The translations under genes and the position numbers were made by a program. Below the pieces are notes generated by a model that was not told where the DNA came from, searched no databases, and was given only the letters and a program-made list of their open reading frames with translations. A stretch of DNA of 58,780 nt from a virus (taxonomy: Duplodnaviria; Caudoviricetes): IMG/VR virus record IMGVR_UViG_3300016484_000424, positions 1 through 58,780 of that record. One strand, given 5' to 3'. How positions within the stretch are numbered: position 1 is the stretch's first letter; each line of letters opens with the position of its first letter. This document shows positions 19,597 to 30,600 of this stretch, piece after piece.

Positions 19597-19806
19597 ATGC
19601 TGACGCGCAAGCACGAGATTCTGATGGGCCTGCTGCTGGCCGTGATCCTGGCCGCTGCTGTTGGCGTGGCCACGGCCGCAGAACAGTTGCACCTGATCGT
19701 GCGAATGGACTGCGGCAACCTGGATGGCAGGGGTGTTGCCCATGTGGAAGTGAACGGCACCGCCTTCAAGCCCTTCGTAATCGAGTGCAAGCGGGAAGAG
19801 GCCTGA
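19597..19806 (+). CDS. Small secreted or membrane protein
   Basis: Signal-like hydrophobic N-terminus. Confidence 0.5.
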   Translation: MLTRKHEILMGLLLAVILAAAVGVATAAEQLHLIVRMDCGNLDGRGVAHVEVNGTAFKPFVIECKREEA

Positions 19807-21434
19807 TGCAGATTGTCCTGACCACCATCATCGGCCAGAACACCAAGATCAAGCCGCGCCTGTTGCCGCCCGGCGCTGGCGTGGTGTGCACCAACGTTCG
19901 GCCGCCCGAAGAGGGCGATGTCCGCCCGTGGCGCGAGCCGCTGACCGTGGTGAGTCCTGTTCCCACTGGCCGACAGACGCTGTACCGCATGGGCCGTGAC
20001 TCATCGGACGTGACGAACTACTGGCTGACGTGGTTCGGCCGAGTCAGCGTGATCCGCGGCTTTGACGCATCGGACACGACCGAGCGCACCTACTACACCG
20101 GCGACGGCGGCGTGCCTCGGTGGACCGACAACATCCAGGCCCTGGCCTCGACGCCCTACCCGACCGCCTCGCGCCTGCTGGCCGTGCCGCAGCCGACAGC
20201 GGCGCCGGGCGTTGCGCTGAACGTCAACGGCACCACGGGCGATGACCAGCGGGTGTACTACGTCTACACCTGGGTCAATGACATCGGATGGGAGAGCGCA
20301 CCATCACCGGCAACCCTGGCGGCGACCCACAAGCCGGGCGCGACATTCAACCTGACGCCGGGCGGCAGCGTGCCATCTGGCAGCTATGGCGTGAACCGGC
20401 TGCGCTGGTATCGCACGCAGGCCACCACCTCAGGCGATGTGGAGTTCTACTTCCTGCGCGAGTACGCCATTGGCGCCACCGGCATGCAGGACGACGCCCG
20501 AGCGCTGGGAACTGACATCGTGCCCACCGATGCCGCAACGCTGCGTCTGCCGCTGGCCGACGATGCACACAGCCTGACTCAGTGCTGGAACCAGTTCGCG
20601 GCTGCTTTGGTTGGCAAGTCGGTGCGCTTCTGCGAGCCACAGTTGATCTATTCCTGGCCGATGGGCAACGAGTACCTGCTCAACGACACGCCGGTTGCTC
20701 AGGCCGCCTTCGCCCAGCGCCTGCTGGTGCTGACCACCGCCGGCGCGCACCTGTTCACCGGTTCAGACCCTGAGGCGATGGACGGCAAGCCCGTGGCCGT
20801 GGCCCCGATCGTGTCGGCGCGCTCCCTGATGTCGGCTGACGGCTGGTGCGCCTGGGCCGCGGCGGACGGCCTCTACTACTACGGTGTGGACGGCTACAAG
20901 AACCTGACCGAGAGGTGCATGACGGCCGCGCAGTGGGCCGCCCTGGCGCCTGCGACGATGCACTGCCACCTGTACCAAGTCGGCACGAAGCCCTACATCA
21001 TGGTCTTCTACAACGACGGCGCATGGAAGGGCTTGGTGGTTGACCCAACGAACCCCGATGGCGTCTTCATGCTGTCCACCGGCTACTACTCGGCCTACTG
21101 GGACAAGCTGCTGCGCAAGCTGTTCGTGCTGGACGACGCAACGCTGCGCGAGTGGGACGCCGGCTCGACCTTCATGACGGCCAACTTCAAGAGCCAGGTG
21201 TTCCGCCAGCCCTACACCGATGACTCCGGCCAGTGGCTTGAGTTGATCTCCGAGGGATCGGTGAACGTCAAGGTCTACACCGAGAACCCGGCCACGCCCG
21301 AGGCAGCGCTGGTGCAGCGGGTCAACCGCGATCTGACGATCGGCCAGCACACCCTGCCCTACGCAGCCATCGGGCGCGACTGGCAGATCGAACTGACTTG
21401 GCAAGGCAGTTTCCAGGGTGTATCCATCACATGA
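19806..21434 (+). CDS. Tail tube/stabilisation protein
   Basis: PRLLP, YYTGD, YVYTWVN..GWESAPSP, FCEP....WP..Y; podovirus tail synteny. Confidence 0.75.
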   Translation: MQIVLTTIIGQNTKIKPRLLPPGAGVVCTNVRPPEEGDVRPWREPLTVVSPVPTGRQTLYRMGRDSSDVTNYWLTWFGRVSVIRGFDASDTTERTYYTGDGGVPRWTDNIQALASTPYPTASRLLAVPQPTAAPGVALNVNGTTGDDQRVYYVYTWVNDIGWESAPSPATLAATHKPGATFNLTPGGSVPSGSYGVNRLRWYRTQATTSGDVEFYFLREYAIGATGMQDDARALGTDIVPTDAATLRLPLADDAHSLTQCWNQFAAALVGKSVRFCEPQLIYSWPMGNEYLLNDTPVAQAAFAQRLLVLTTAGAHLFTGSDPEAMDGKPVAVAPIVSARSLMSADGWCAWAAADGLYYYGVDGYKNLTERCMTAAQWAALAPATMHCHLYQVGTKPYIMVFYNDGAWKGLVVDPTNPDGVFMLSTGYYSAYWDKLLRKLFVLDDATLREWDAGSTFMTANFKSQVFRQPYTDDSGQWLELISEGSVNVKVYTENPATPEAALVQRVNRDLTIGQHTLPYAAIGRDWQIELTWQGSFQGVSIT

Positions 21435-24094
21435 GCGCCAGAGACTTCGGCGTCGGCCCGGTTCCAGAGAGCGTTGACGAGCGCCTGTTCGACTTCCTGC
21501 AGCAGATGCGCCGGGCGGTTATCGCCGGCACCAAGACAGGCGCCTTCACGGGCGACTTCGTTGGCAACCTGCGCGGGTCGATCAACGGCATCGCGCTGAC
21601 CCCTGGGGATCTCGGGGCTACAGACCCAACACCCGACCTGACGCCACCGCCGACACCGAGCGGCGTGACCGTGGGCGCGGGCATCGATTTCGTCGGCATC
21701 ACGACCGACAACCCGGCCTTCACGATGGGCCACGGCTACGACCGCACCATCGTCTACGGCGTCACCCGCTCAGGATCGGACCCGCAGCCCACCTTCTCAA
21801 GCGCTGTGGTGGTGCATGAGTTCGTCGGCGCCGTTGGCAGTTTCCCAACGAACCCGGCCACCGAGTGGCACATCTGGTTGAAGTGGCGCACCAAGGACGG
21901 AGTGGAGTCGGTGTCCCCATCGGGCGGCACCAATGGCCATGTGGCCACCACCGGCCAGGACGTGACCAAGTTGATGGAGGCACTGACCGGCCAGATCACT
22001 TCGTCGCAACTCTACTCGGCGCTGAGTGCGCGCATCGACCTGATCGACGCAGCATCGAGCACGCCGGGCAGCGTCAACGCGCGGATTCAGTCGGCGCAGA
22101 CCACGCTGGAGAGTGCCGACGCAGCCATTGCGAGTTCGGTGACGACGCTTTCATCGACGGTCGCAAGCAAGAACAAGACATCCAGAGGCATTGCGCCGCC
22201 ATCTACCGGCGTTGTTGATGGCGACATCTGGTACGACTCGGCGAACAACAACAAGGTCTACCGCTACAGCGCAAGTGGCTCTGCCTGGATACCTACCGAT
22301 GACACGCGGATCGGAGAGAACATTGCCGCCATCCAAACCGAGGCCACGACTCGCGCATCGGTGGACGGCTACCTAGGGGCGCAGTACACCCTGAGGACGC
22401 AGGTATCAGCCAATGGCGCAACCGTGGTGGGCGGCTTCGGCGTCTCGGCCACGAGTGAGGCGGGAGCAACGCCAACGGTTGACTTCGGGGTGGCGGCCAG
22501 CAAGTTCTACGTGGCGCCGCCATACGGAACCGCCAACCTGCCGTCGATCATCCCTTTCATCGTCCAGACCACGCCAACCACGCTGAACGGCGCGCCGATT
22601 CCGGCTGGCGTCTACATGGACAGCGCCTACATCCGCGACCTGACGGCCGTGGTGGCGCGCATGGGCAGCGCCTGGATCACCAATGCGATGGTGGCCAGCC
22701 TGTCGGCCAGCAAGCTCACGGCCGGAACGATCGCTGTGGGTGAGTACATCCAGTCATCGGACTACGTGCCCAACACGCTTGGGTGGCGCCTGAGCGGCAA
22801 CACGGCTGAACTTCCGTTCACCAACATCCGCGGCCAACTGCAGGCTGGCCAGGTGAGCACCGGGTTTGTCAGCACAACGATGCTCGCAGCCAAAGCCGCG
22901 ACGATTGACAAGATCGACGCCCGAGGCCTGACCCTGCAGGACGCCAATGGGAATGACGTGTTCACCGTCAACACCCCGTTTGGCACCAACACCTCGGACC
23001 AGTTGGGGTACAACACCGGCTGGTCGAATTGGACAGGCACCTACCCCGCTGGGTGGTCGGGGTTGTCTGCTGCTGCACCGACACGCGACGCCGGCACGAC
23101 ATTCGGCTCCCCGTTCACCGCGCGCTGGGTGACAGCCGGGGCCGCTGACATTGGCATGCGCCGGTCCTACACCTTCACGCAACCAAGGCCCGCCGGCACG
23201 TACATCGAAGGCACGTTCGCCATGCGGACGGTCACCTACGTCAGCGGCGGCAGCCCTGGCTATCTGGTGCGCCTGTTCACCAATGCAGGCCTGACCACCT
23301 TCGTCGATACATGGTTCCCGATCACAGCCAAGGCCGCGGCCGACTGGCAGGTGATGAGCTTCACCGCCGGGGCGAACCAAGCTGCGATCTACGGCATCGA
23401 CATCTTCCAGTTGGCATCCTACTCAGGTGCCCCTGACGGCGGCATCTTGGCGGCCGGTTCTGACGTGATGTTCGGGCCGATGTCGTTCAGCATCAAAGAC
23501 CCGATCACGGCTTCGACGGCCTCGACCAAGATCGCCAATGCTGCCATCGGCTGGGCCCAGATCGGCGACCTGACCATCAGCACGGGCGGCGGCATTCGCA
23601 GCGGCAAGACGACCTACGCCTCCGGCACCGGCTGGTTGCTGGAGTACAACGGCGGCACGCCACGGCTCGACATCGGCACCACGGATGCCTATCTGCGCTG
23701 GACCGGAACGACGCTGGACGTGAAGGTCAAGGACGGAAACCTGTTGTTTGATGCGTTCAACTTGACTATCAGTGGCGGTGATGCCGCAATCACCATGCCG
23801 ACGAACACCGTTTCTCGATCAGTGACGGTTGCCGGCGGCAAGGGGCCGTATCGCTACTTCTGGCTATTCGATGGCCACTATGGACGCATCTACACGGGCC
23901 AGGGCACAGGGACGGTGACGGTCATGTTCCACGATCTAGGTGACGGCAAGACCTACACCAATTCGGTTGTGTGCCTCGTCAGGGACTCCAACGGCCGCGC
24001 GTCATACAACTCATTTGATGTGACGGTGACGATGGGCACAACGCCAGTGTCAGGCGCTGGCGACGCTGGAGGCGGCAGCGGAGACGGCGGCTGA
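21431..24094 (+). CDS. Host-specificity tail fibre (DUF1983-like)
   Basis: PDLTPPPTP, L.AQYT....NG..V.GFG, PFIVQTT...NG..IPAGVYMDSAYI. Confidence 0.8.
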   Translation: MSARDFGVGPVPESVDERLFDFLQQMRRAVIAGTKTGAFTGDFVGNLRGSINGIALTPGDLGATDPTPDLTPPPTPSGVTVGAGIDFVGITTDNPAFTMGHGYDRTIVYGVTRSGSDPQPTFSSAVVVHEFVGAVGSFPTNPATEWHIWLKWRTKDGVESVSPSGGTNGHVATTGQDVTKLMEALTGQITSSQLYSALSARIDLIDAASSTPGSVNARIQSAQTTLESADAAIASSVTTLSSTVASKNKTSRGIAPPSTGVVDGDIWYDSANNNKVYRYSASGSAWIPTDDTRIGENIAAIQTEATTRASVDGYLGAQYTLRTQVSANGATVVGGFGVSATSEAGATPTVDFGVAASKFYVAPPYGTANLPSIIPFIVQTTPTTLNGAPIPAGVYMDSAYIRDLTAVVARMGSAWITNAMVASLSASKLTAGTIAVGEYIQSSDYVPNTLGWRLSGNTAELPFTNIRGQLQAGQVSTGFVSTTMLAAKAATIDKIDARGLTLQDANGNDVFTVNTPFGTNTSDQLGYNTGWSNWTGTYPAGWSGLSAAAPTRDAGTTFGSPFTARWVTAGAADIGMRRSYTFTQPRPAGTYIEGTFAMRTVTYVSGGSPGYLVRLFTNAGLTTFVDTWFPITAKAAADWQVMSFTAGANQAAIYGIDIFQLASYSGAPDGGILAAGSDVMFGPMSFSIKDPITASTASTKIANAAIGWAQIGDLTISTGGGIRSGKTTYASGTGWLLEYNGGTPRLDIGTTDAYLRWTGTTLDVKVKDGNLLFDAFNLTISGGDAAITMPTNTVSRSVTVAGGKGPYRYFWLFDGHYGRIYTGQGTGTVTVMFHDLGDGKTYTNSVVCLVRDSNGRASYNSFDVTVTMGTTPVSGAGDAGGGSGDGG

Positions 24095-24140
24095 TGATCC
24101 ACTTGCCTCAAATAGACCAAATGGGGCATGGTGCCGGGTC

Positions 24141-24602
24141 ATGACTGACTTCAGCCCAATCCGCGACCGACTTCTGGCCCTGTGCAACGGCAATCAGCAG
24201 GCCGTGGCACTGATCGAAGGCATCCTGCATCTGGCCGAGGTCTACGACGATCTCATCGACAAGGATGGCCGGATCACCAATGACGACATCCACCAAGCGT
24301 TCAACTTCATGTTGTTCGGGCTGCCAGCGAATCAGGTCTACCGCGAGCAGCCAACGATCCAAGTGACGATCATGAATGCCATGACGACTTGGCGCGCGGC
24401 CAATGTCATGGAGAAGACCGGCGACACAGAGACGCTGCACGCCTCCTACGTGATGCGGATGAGCCCGTACAACGTGGCGACCCACATCGTGATGTGCGTG
24501 GCAGGGCAAGAGGCGGCCATCAAGGCAGCGATGCTGCTTTATTCGCGGGGCGATAAGGGCGCGTTCGCTTCATACCTAAATGAGCACGCGAGAAAAGAAT
24601 GA
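24141..24602 (+). CDS. Hypothetical protein with DDxxD motif
   Basis: YDDLIDKD...LP.N..Y. Confidence 0.65.
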   Translation: MTDFSPIRDRLLALCNGNQQAVALIEGILHLAEVYDDLIDKDGRITNDDIHQAFNFMLFGLPANQVYREQPTIQVTIMNAMTTWRAANVMEKTGDTETLHASYVMRMSPYNVATHIVMCVAGQEAAIKAAMLLYSRGDKGAFASYLNEHARKE

Positions 24603-25108
24603 CAACCAATCCTAAGAAGCCACTGCCAACAGTTGAGCGTCTGCGAGAACTATTGCGGTATGAGCCGGAGACAGGGAAATTCTTTTGGCTGGTTGACCGA
24701 ACTCAGAACGTCAAGGCCGGCAGTGAGGCCGGATCGATCTGCGGCAAGTACGTGCAAGTGGGGGTCGATAACGTATCGATCTATGCCCATCGCGCTGCCT
24801 GGGCACTACATCACGGGGCATGGCCAGCGAACGACGTTGACCACATCAACGGCGCGGGCCGCGACAACCGCATCACCAATCTGCGCGATGTCTCAAAAGA
24901 CATCAACCTTCAGAACCAGCGCCGTGCGCGTAGAGACAGCGGAACTGGGCTGTTGGGCGCGAGCTGGTATGAGAAGAAGGGCAAGTTCTTGGCGCAAATT
25001 CGTGTCAAGGGGCGCACTCGGCACCTAGGCTACTTTCAAACCGCCGAAGCTGCCCATGACGCCTACGTGAAAGCCAAACGCCAACTGCACGCTGGCTGCA
25101 CGATCTGA
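24599..25108 (+). CDS. HNH-AP2 homing endonuclease
   Basis: RLRELL.Y.PETG.F.W, AHR.AW, DHING...DNRI.NLR, AQIR..G...HLG.F.TAE.AH.AY. Confidence 0.9.
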   Translation: MTTNPKKPLPTVERLRELLRYEPETGKFFWLVDRTQNVKAGSEAGSICGKYVQVGVDNVSIYAHRAAWALHHGAWPANDVDHINGAGRDNRITNLRDVSKDINLQNQRRARRDSGTGLLGASWYEKKGKFLAQIRVKGRTRHLGYFQTAEAAHDAYVKAKRQLHAGCTI

Positions 25109-25120
25109 AAGGGATAAATC

Positions 25121-26242
25121 ATGGGTTGGAATCCGCTCGAAATAATTGGCGATGTCCTTGGCTTGAACGACAAGCCCGACACCACCAACCAAGAGGCTCT
25201 GGAAAAGACTCAGACCGACATTGCGCTTGAACAGGCGCAGGCGGCCAGGGAGCAAAGCGCATGGCAGCGCGAGCAGATGGCAAAGTTCATGCCACTGTAC
25301 GAACAACAGGTTCAGGCCAGCATTGAGAGTCAAAAGACCGCGGATCAGCGGTCGGCGGATCAGTGGGCGAATTTCCAGAAGTATTTTTCTCCTGCAGAAG
25401 CGCGACTCTCTGAAGCCTCCCTGAACTACGACACGGCAGGACGGCGCACGGCGGCGGCCAATGAGGCAGTTGCCGGAGTTGATGCGCAGTTCCAGCGCGC
25501 ACGTGAGGCGCAGACCCGAGACCTTGGCCGGGCTGGCATCAGCCTGGACTCTGGCCGGGCGCTGTCTCTGGACATGGCTGGCCGGTACGCCCAAGCCAAG
25601 GCGGCGGCAGGCGCAGACCGCGGCGCTCGGCAGCAGATCGAAAACACCGGCCTGAGCCTCTTGGACAACGTGGTCAAGACCGGGCGCGGCATCGCCAGTA
25701 CCAGCCTGCAGGCGCAAGGCTTGGGGTTGCAGGCCGGCACGGCGGCCACCGGGCAACTTGGTCAACAACAGGGCACCTACAACGCCAGCCTGCTACCAGC
25801 GAACAACCTCTACAACGGCGCGAGCGGTGCGCTTAGTAATGCCACGACCATGTACAACGGCATCAGCCGGCAGCAGGCGGACGCAGCCAGCGCGAACATG
25901 AACGGGCTGCTTGGGCTTGGCAAACTGGCGGCTACCTTCTACCCCAGCGACCCGAAGACCAAGAAGGTTCACGGCGAGGTCAGCGGCAAGAAGGCGTTGG
26001 CGAGTTTGGCTGACGCCAAGGTCATGAAGTGGACCTACAAGGACGGCCACGGCGACGGCGGAACGCACATCGGGCGAATGGCCGGCAAGAGCGACCCGAA
26101 AGTCGATGGCCTGCACCACGTTGACGTGATCAACGAGTTCGGCAAGCACCACGCGGCAATCAAGGAGCTCTCCAAGAAGGTCGCTTCGCTGGCCGATGCC
26201 GTGAGGAAGGACAAGCGCGAAGATCGAAAGGAAGCAGCATGA
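25121..26242 (+). CDS. Ejection/internal virion protein with C-terminal S74-like chaperone domain
   Basis: Q/A-rich helical body; SD..TKK...W.YK...HIG.MA. Confidence 0.65.
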   Translation: MGWNPLEIIGDVLGLNDKPDTTNQEALEKTQTDIALEQAQAAREQSAWQREQMAKFMPLYEQQVQASIESQKTADQRSADQWANFQKYFSPAEARLSEASLNYDTAGRRTAAANEAVAGVDAQFQRAREAQTRDLGRAGISLDSGRALSLDMAGRYAQAKAAAGADRGARQQIENTGLSLLDNVVKTGRGIASTSLQAQGLGLQAGTAATGQLGQQQGTYNASLLPANNLYNGASGALSNATTMYNGISRQQADAASANMNGLLGLGKLAATFYPSDPKTKKVHGEVSGKKALASLADAKVMKWTYKDGHGDGGTHIGRMAGKSDPKVDGLHHVDVINEFGKHHAAIKELSKKVASLADAVRKDKREDRKEAA

Positions 26243-27666
26243 GCCGCGGACTTGCAGCACTTGGATCTCTGGCCGATGGCATCGCTCAGGGCATGGTCCT
26301 CGGGCGCGACCTGAAGGCCCGCGACATGGCGCTTGAACAGCAGAAGCGCCAGATGGACGAGCAGGCCGCCCTTGCCGCCGACATGAAGGACGCCGATCAG
26401 GCCGCCCGTGAACTGGCCCTGAAGTACCGCGCCGAGCACGACCAGCAGTACAAGGGCTTGGGTGCCTACATGACCCGTGGCGGATCGGACGGCTCCCTTG
26501 CGGACGCACAGCAGGACGCTGTTTCGCAGCCTGTGCCAGAGTTCAAAGCTACGCCCCAACAGATGCTTAAGGTTGCTCAGGCCAGGACTGCCCGGCTATT
26601 CGAGAAGGGGCGCACCGATCAGGCATTCAAGTATTGGATGCAGGACGAGGGCCTGCGCCGAGAACTGCGCGGGCAAGCTGGCCAGGATGCCATGGCAGCC
26701 CTGTCGTCTGGTGGCGACGCGACCAAGGCTCTGAGCAGCTTCTACGACCTGTTCGACAACGGTCACGACATCACTTCGGCCGTTCCGCAGAAGAGCCTCG
26801 ATGGCGGCTCAGGCTACCTGATCACCCGACGCGGGCCGGACGGCAAGGAAGTCTCTGCCTTCATGACGCCGGATGAGATCGGAGCCGAGATCAACAAGCG
26901 CGTCACGAACTGGCAAGACGCAGCCAAGGAGTCGTTTCAGCACAACCTCAAGTTGGCTGCGATCAAGGCTCAGGGTGACAACCAAATCCGCGCGCAGAAC
27001 GCCATCACTGACCGGGTGCTGTCGAACACCGACGCCAAGGGTCAGAACGCGCTGACACTGCAGGACTCGAAGAATGCTGGCACTGCCAATGTCGCCAACA
27101 TCAACGCCAACTCGCGGGAGAAAGTTGCAGAAACCAACGCGCTGTCGCGTGAGAAGGTCGCTTCCATGAAGGAGGCCATGAAGAAGGCTGGCGTTGACGG
27201 AGAGGATCGCGTCCACTCAGTTGTCCCGAATGGGAACGGCACCAGCACCGTGTGGTTCCGCAGCGGGAAGAAGGTCATTGATTCCGACAATGAGACCTTG
27301 GCGTACACGAAGTTCATTGGGCAAACGGCCGGGCAAATCTCCAAGACTCTTGAAGGCTCCATGGCGCCATACGAGAAGACTCTCGGGGAGGCGCGCAGGT
27401 TGATCTCGAAGTCTGTGCCAGCAGGGAGCAATACCCCAACTTCTGGCGAGCGCGTCGATCCCGCCCGTCAGGCCGTGCTCGATGCAGACCGCGTGCGGAT
27501 CTTGAAGCAAGAGCTGGCGAAGACGACCGACCCGACGGACCGCGCGGCGCTTGAGCGCGAGCTGGGCCGCGCGACCGGAGCGCCGCAGCCATCCCTTGCC
27601 GACGCGAACAAGCCGAAGCCGGGCCCACGCATGCGCTTCGATGCCCAAGGCAACCTGATCAAGTGA
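26239..27666 (+). CDS. Ejection/internal virion protein
   Basis: Helical low-complexity sequence; lies before the giant protein. Confidence 0.6.
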   Translation: MSRGLAALGSLADGIAQGMVLGRDLKARDMALEQQKRQMDEQAALAADMKDADQAARELALKYRAEHDQQYKGLGAYMTRGGSDGSLADAQQDAVSQPVPEFKATPQQMLKVAQARTARLFEKGRTDQAFKYWMQDEGLRRELRGQAGQDAMAALSSGGDATKALSSFYDLFDNGHDITSAVPQKSLDGGSGYLITRRGPDGKEVSAFMTPDEIGAEINKRVTNWQDAAKESFQHNLKLAAIKAQGDNQIRAQNAITDRVLSNTDAKGQNALTLQDSKNAGTANVANINANSREKVAETNALSREKVASMKEAMKKAGVDGEDRVHSVVPNGNGTSTVWFRSGKKVIDSDNETLAYTKFIGQTAGQISKTLEGSMAPYEKTLGEARRLISKSVPAGSNTPTSGERVDPARQAVLDADRVRILKQELAKTTDPTDRAALERELGRATGAPQPSLADANKPKPGPRMRFDAQGNLIK

Positions 27667-27672
27667 GACCCC

Positions 27673-30600
27673 ATGGCTCGTGAAATTGAGTTGCACGATG
27701 GTACGGTCCTCGAATTTCCAGACAACACGCCGGATGACGTGCTGCTTCGCGTTGGCAAGCAGGAGACGCTGAAGCTCAACCAGTACAACACCGACGAAAC
27801 ATCGCGCCTTGCTGCGCGGGCCAATGCGGCGAAGGCTGATCCGGCGCCAGTTGCTGACGCGCCAGACAACTCGCCAGCGATGCCGATCGTGCCGTCATCG
27901 ACGCCATCGGTCTATGCCAACCCGGTGCAGCGCCTGCGGCGCATGGACAACCAGCAGCAGGCCGCGGCCACTGCGGCGACGCCACTGCTTGACCGGCCTG
28001 TTCCGGGCTATCAGCCATCGGGAGCCGACCTTGAGGCGATGTCCAATGCGCCGTCAGTGCTCCAGGCTGACGCGCGAGCCAAGCGGCCGTACCAAGAGGC
28101 CAAGCCGCTGACGTTTGCGCAAGAAGTCGCGGCCGACGTGGGCGACGTGGCGCGCAAGAACCCGCTGGCGGCTGGCGTAGTTGCTGGCTTCTCGGGTCTT
28201 GGCAAGGTTGGCGTGGGCGCCGTGCGCGCGGGAGCCGATCTGGTTGGTGCCGATGGCATCGCCAAATCAGCCGCTGGCGCGAGCCGCCTTGCCACCGACG
28301 TAGAGCAGCAGGCGACACGAGGCCTGGACGGCAATGCAAAGCTGGTGGCCGACGTTACCAGCTCGATCATCAACAGCGCGCCATCCCTGGCCATGGGCAT
28401 GATGGGCGGCCCCGCCCTGCGCACGCTGTTTGTCACTTCGGCGGCCAATGAGTACAACGCCGGCCGCGATGCTGGATTCAATGGCGCAGAGTCGGCGGCA
28501 CGCGCCGGCATCATGGGTGCGGCCGCGGCCATCGGCGAACGCTTTGGCTTTGCGCAGCAGATCGGCTTGCTCAAGGGCGCCATGAAGCGCATGCCGTCTG
28601 GCGACATGGCGAAGCTGCTGGGCCAGATGATCACCAACGAAGTGCCGGGCGAGCAGTTGACCACCGCCCTGCAGTTCCTGGCCGACAAGGCTGGCCCTGC
28701 GGCACTGAACCCGAATGCGACGGTTGAGGACTACCTCAAGGCCGCAGGCGAAACGTTGAAGGTCACGCTTGGCCAGTCGGCCGTCATGGGCGGCGGCCCG
28801 GTGGCAATCAACAAGGCGCGTGAAACACTGAAGCGGGTTGACTCTGGCTCGGGCGTGCGGGACATCCGCATTGCAGACGCCATCGACGCAGCCGAGCCCC
28901 CCAAGCGCCCGACCGAACTGCGCACCGAGCACATTGCCCGTGTTGACGACTTCGCGGCCACCCATGGCGTGCCGCCGACGGTGGTCAGCAAGATCAAGTC
29001 TGCACTGGACGGCGTGCCGCTGGCGCAACTGCCGCAGGCCACACGGGCGATTGTCTCGACCCTGGCCGAGCGCGGGATCATCCGGGCGCCGGTGGACGAG
29101 CAGACGCTGGCGAGCCTGGATGCGCCTGCACCGGTTCAGAGTGCGCCGAAGGATGCCATCCCGGCGGCCGACCTGATCGACCCGCAAGAGCCGAGCGCTC
29201 CACCGCCTGCCGACCCGCAGACCATTGCAGGCCCAGCCATCAACCGCAACTGGACGGCATTCAGCCCCGAGTCGGGCTCGCTGGGCATACCGCGCGACCA
29301 GATGCCGCAGATCCCGAACCGCGGCGCCCTGGCGAACTTCCTGGCCGCCAAGGGCATCGAGCGCCAGACCGGCATGGTGGACCCTTCGGAACTGAAGCCC
29401 ACGCAAGGCGAGTTCTCGCCTCAGAAGATCACGGAATCCGATTCCAGCCGATCGGTCATCGTTTCGAGCGACGGGTACATTCTGGATGGGCACCACCAAT
29501 GGCTGGCCCACTTGAACGACGGGGCGCCTGTCAGCGTCATCCGGTTCAACGCACCGATTCAGGATCTCCTGCGCTTGGCGCACCAGTTGCCGAGCAGCAC
29601 CACGGCCAAAGGGCCGACCATCAAGAAAGCCCAACCAGATGCAGGAACTGTTGACGGAAATGCTGGGCTTGGAGTTGATCAACCTGGAGCAGTTCAGCGA
29701 AGCGATGGCCTTCAGGATGTCCCCAGGGCTGATGCCGGAGCCGCTGCTGTTCCACCTGATGGGCGCCGAGAGCCTGATGGACCTGGACCCGGAAAGCGCG
29801 ACGATGCACTGACGCTGGACACGATCCAGCCGGGCGACATCACGCGGCCGGGTGGGGCGCCTTTCAGGACCATGGCAAATGCCATGTCGGCGCTGTCTCG
29901 CGCTGGCCAGGACACGCACGAGCTCGCAAGGGTCGAGGGCGGCTTGGTTGTCAGGGCGAAGAAGCAGGATCAGGGCGCTGCTGCGCCTGTAGGGGCCGGG
30001 AGTTCCCAGCCGTCGCCTGCTTCTTCGGCACCTGTTCGCGTCATCGCAGACGCTGGCCGCACGCGGGCTCAGGCGGTGCAGTTGGGCGTTGTTCCGAACG
30101 CTGACGGCTCCCTGACGCCCGTGATCGGCGGCGCACCGGTTCTGCAGAAGACCGGCGAGCCCGTGACCATCAAGCCTGATGCGACTGACCTTCAGATCAA
30201 GAAGGCTGTGCGCGAAGCAGGGACTGTGCCTGAGGCGGTGAAGTTCTACCCGCCTGCGGTGCAGGAGGAAGACGCGCCGCCAGCACCGAGGATCGACAAG
30301 GCGAAACTCGGCGCGATGACGGCTGACGAACTCGCCAGCGCTCATGAGACAGCGCGCGCCCACAACAAGGAAGTTGAGCGCATCGGCCTGAAGAAGTTCT
30401 TCGGCGCCGAGAAGGCCGACGAGTTGATGAAGCTGCCGCAACGCAGGCGCGACAAGTGGATGAGCGAGAACCTGACCGTCGAGCAAGACGACTGGATGCA
30501 GGCTCGCTATGCCAACGAGGACGATGTGCAGTCGTTCAAGACCACGGCGCATTCGTTCGACACGGAGAGCGCGGCCGCGCTTGGCCGATCCATCGCCGTG

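Noticed and set aside
12570-24094. Diversity-generating retroelement acting on tail fibres
   Set aside because: No reverse transcriptase ORF and no TR/VR pair seen
28267-30552. 761-aa antisense ORF and other long shadow ORFs (14430..15494, 31744..32967)
   Set aside because: Antisense shadows of high-GC genes with no recognisable motifs
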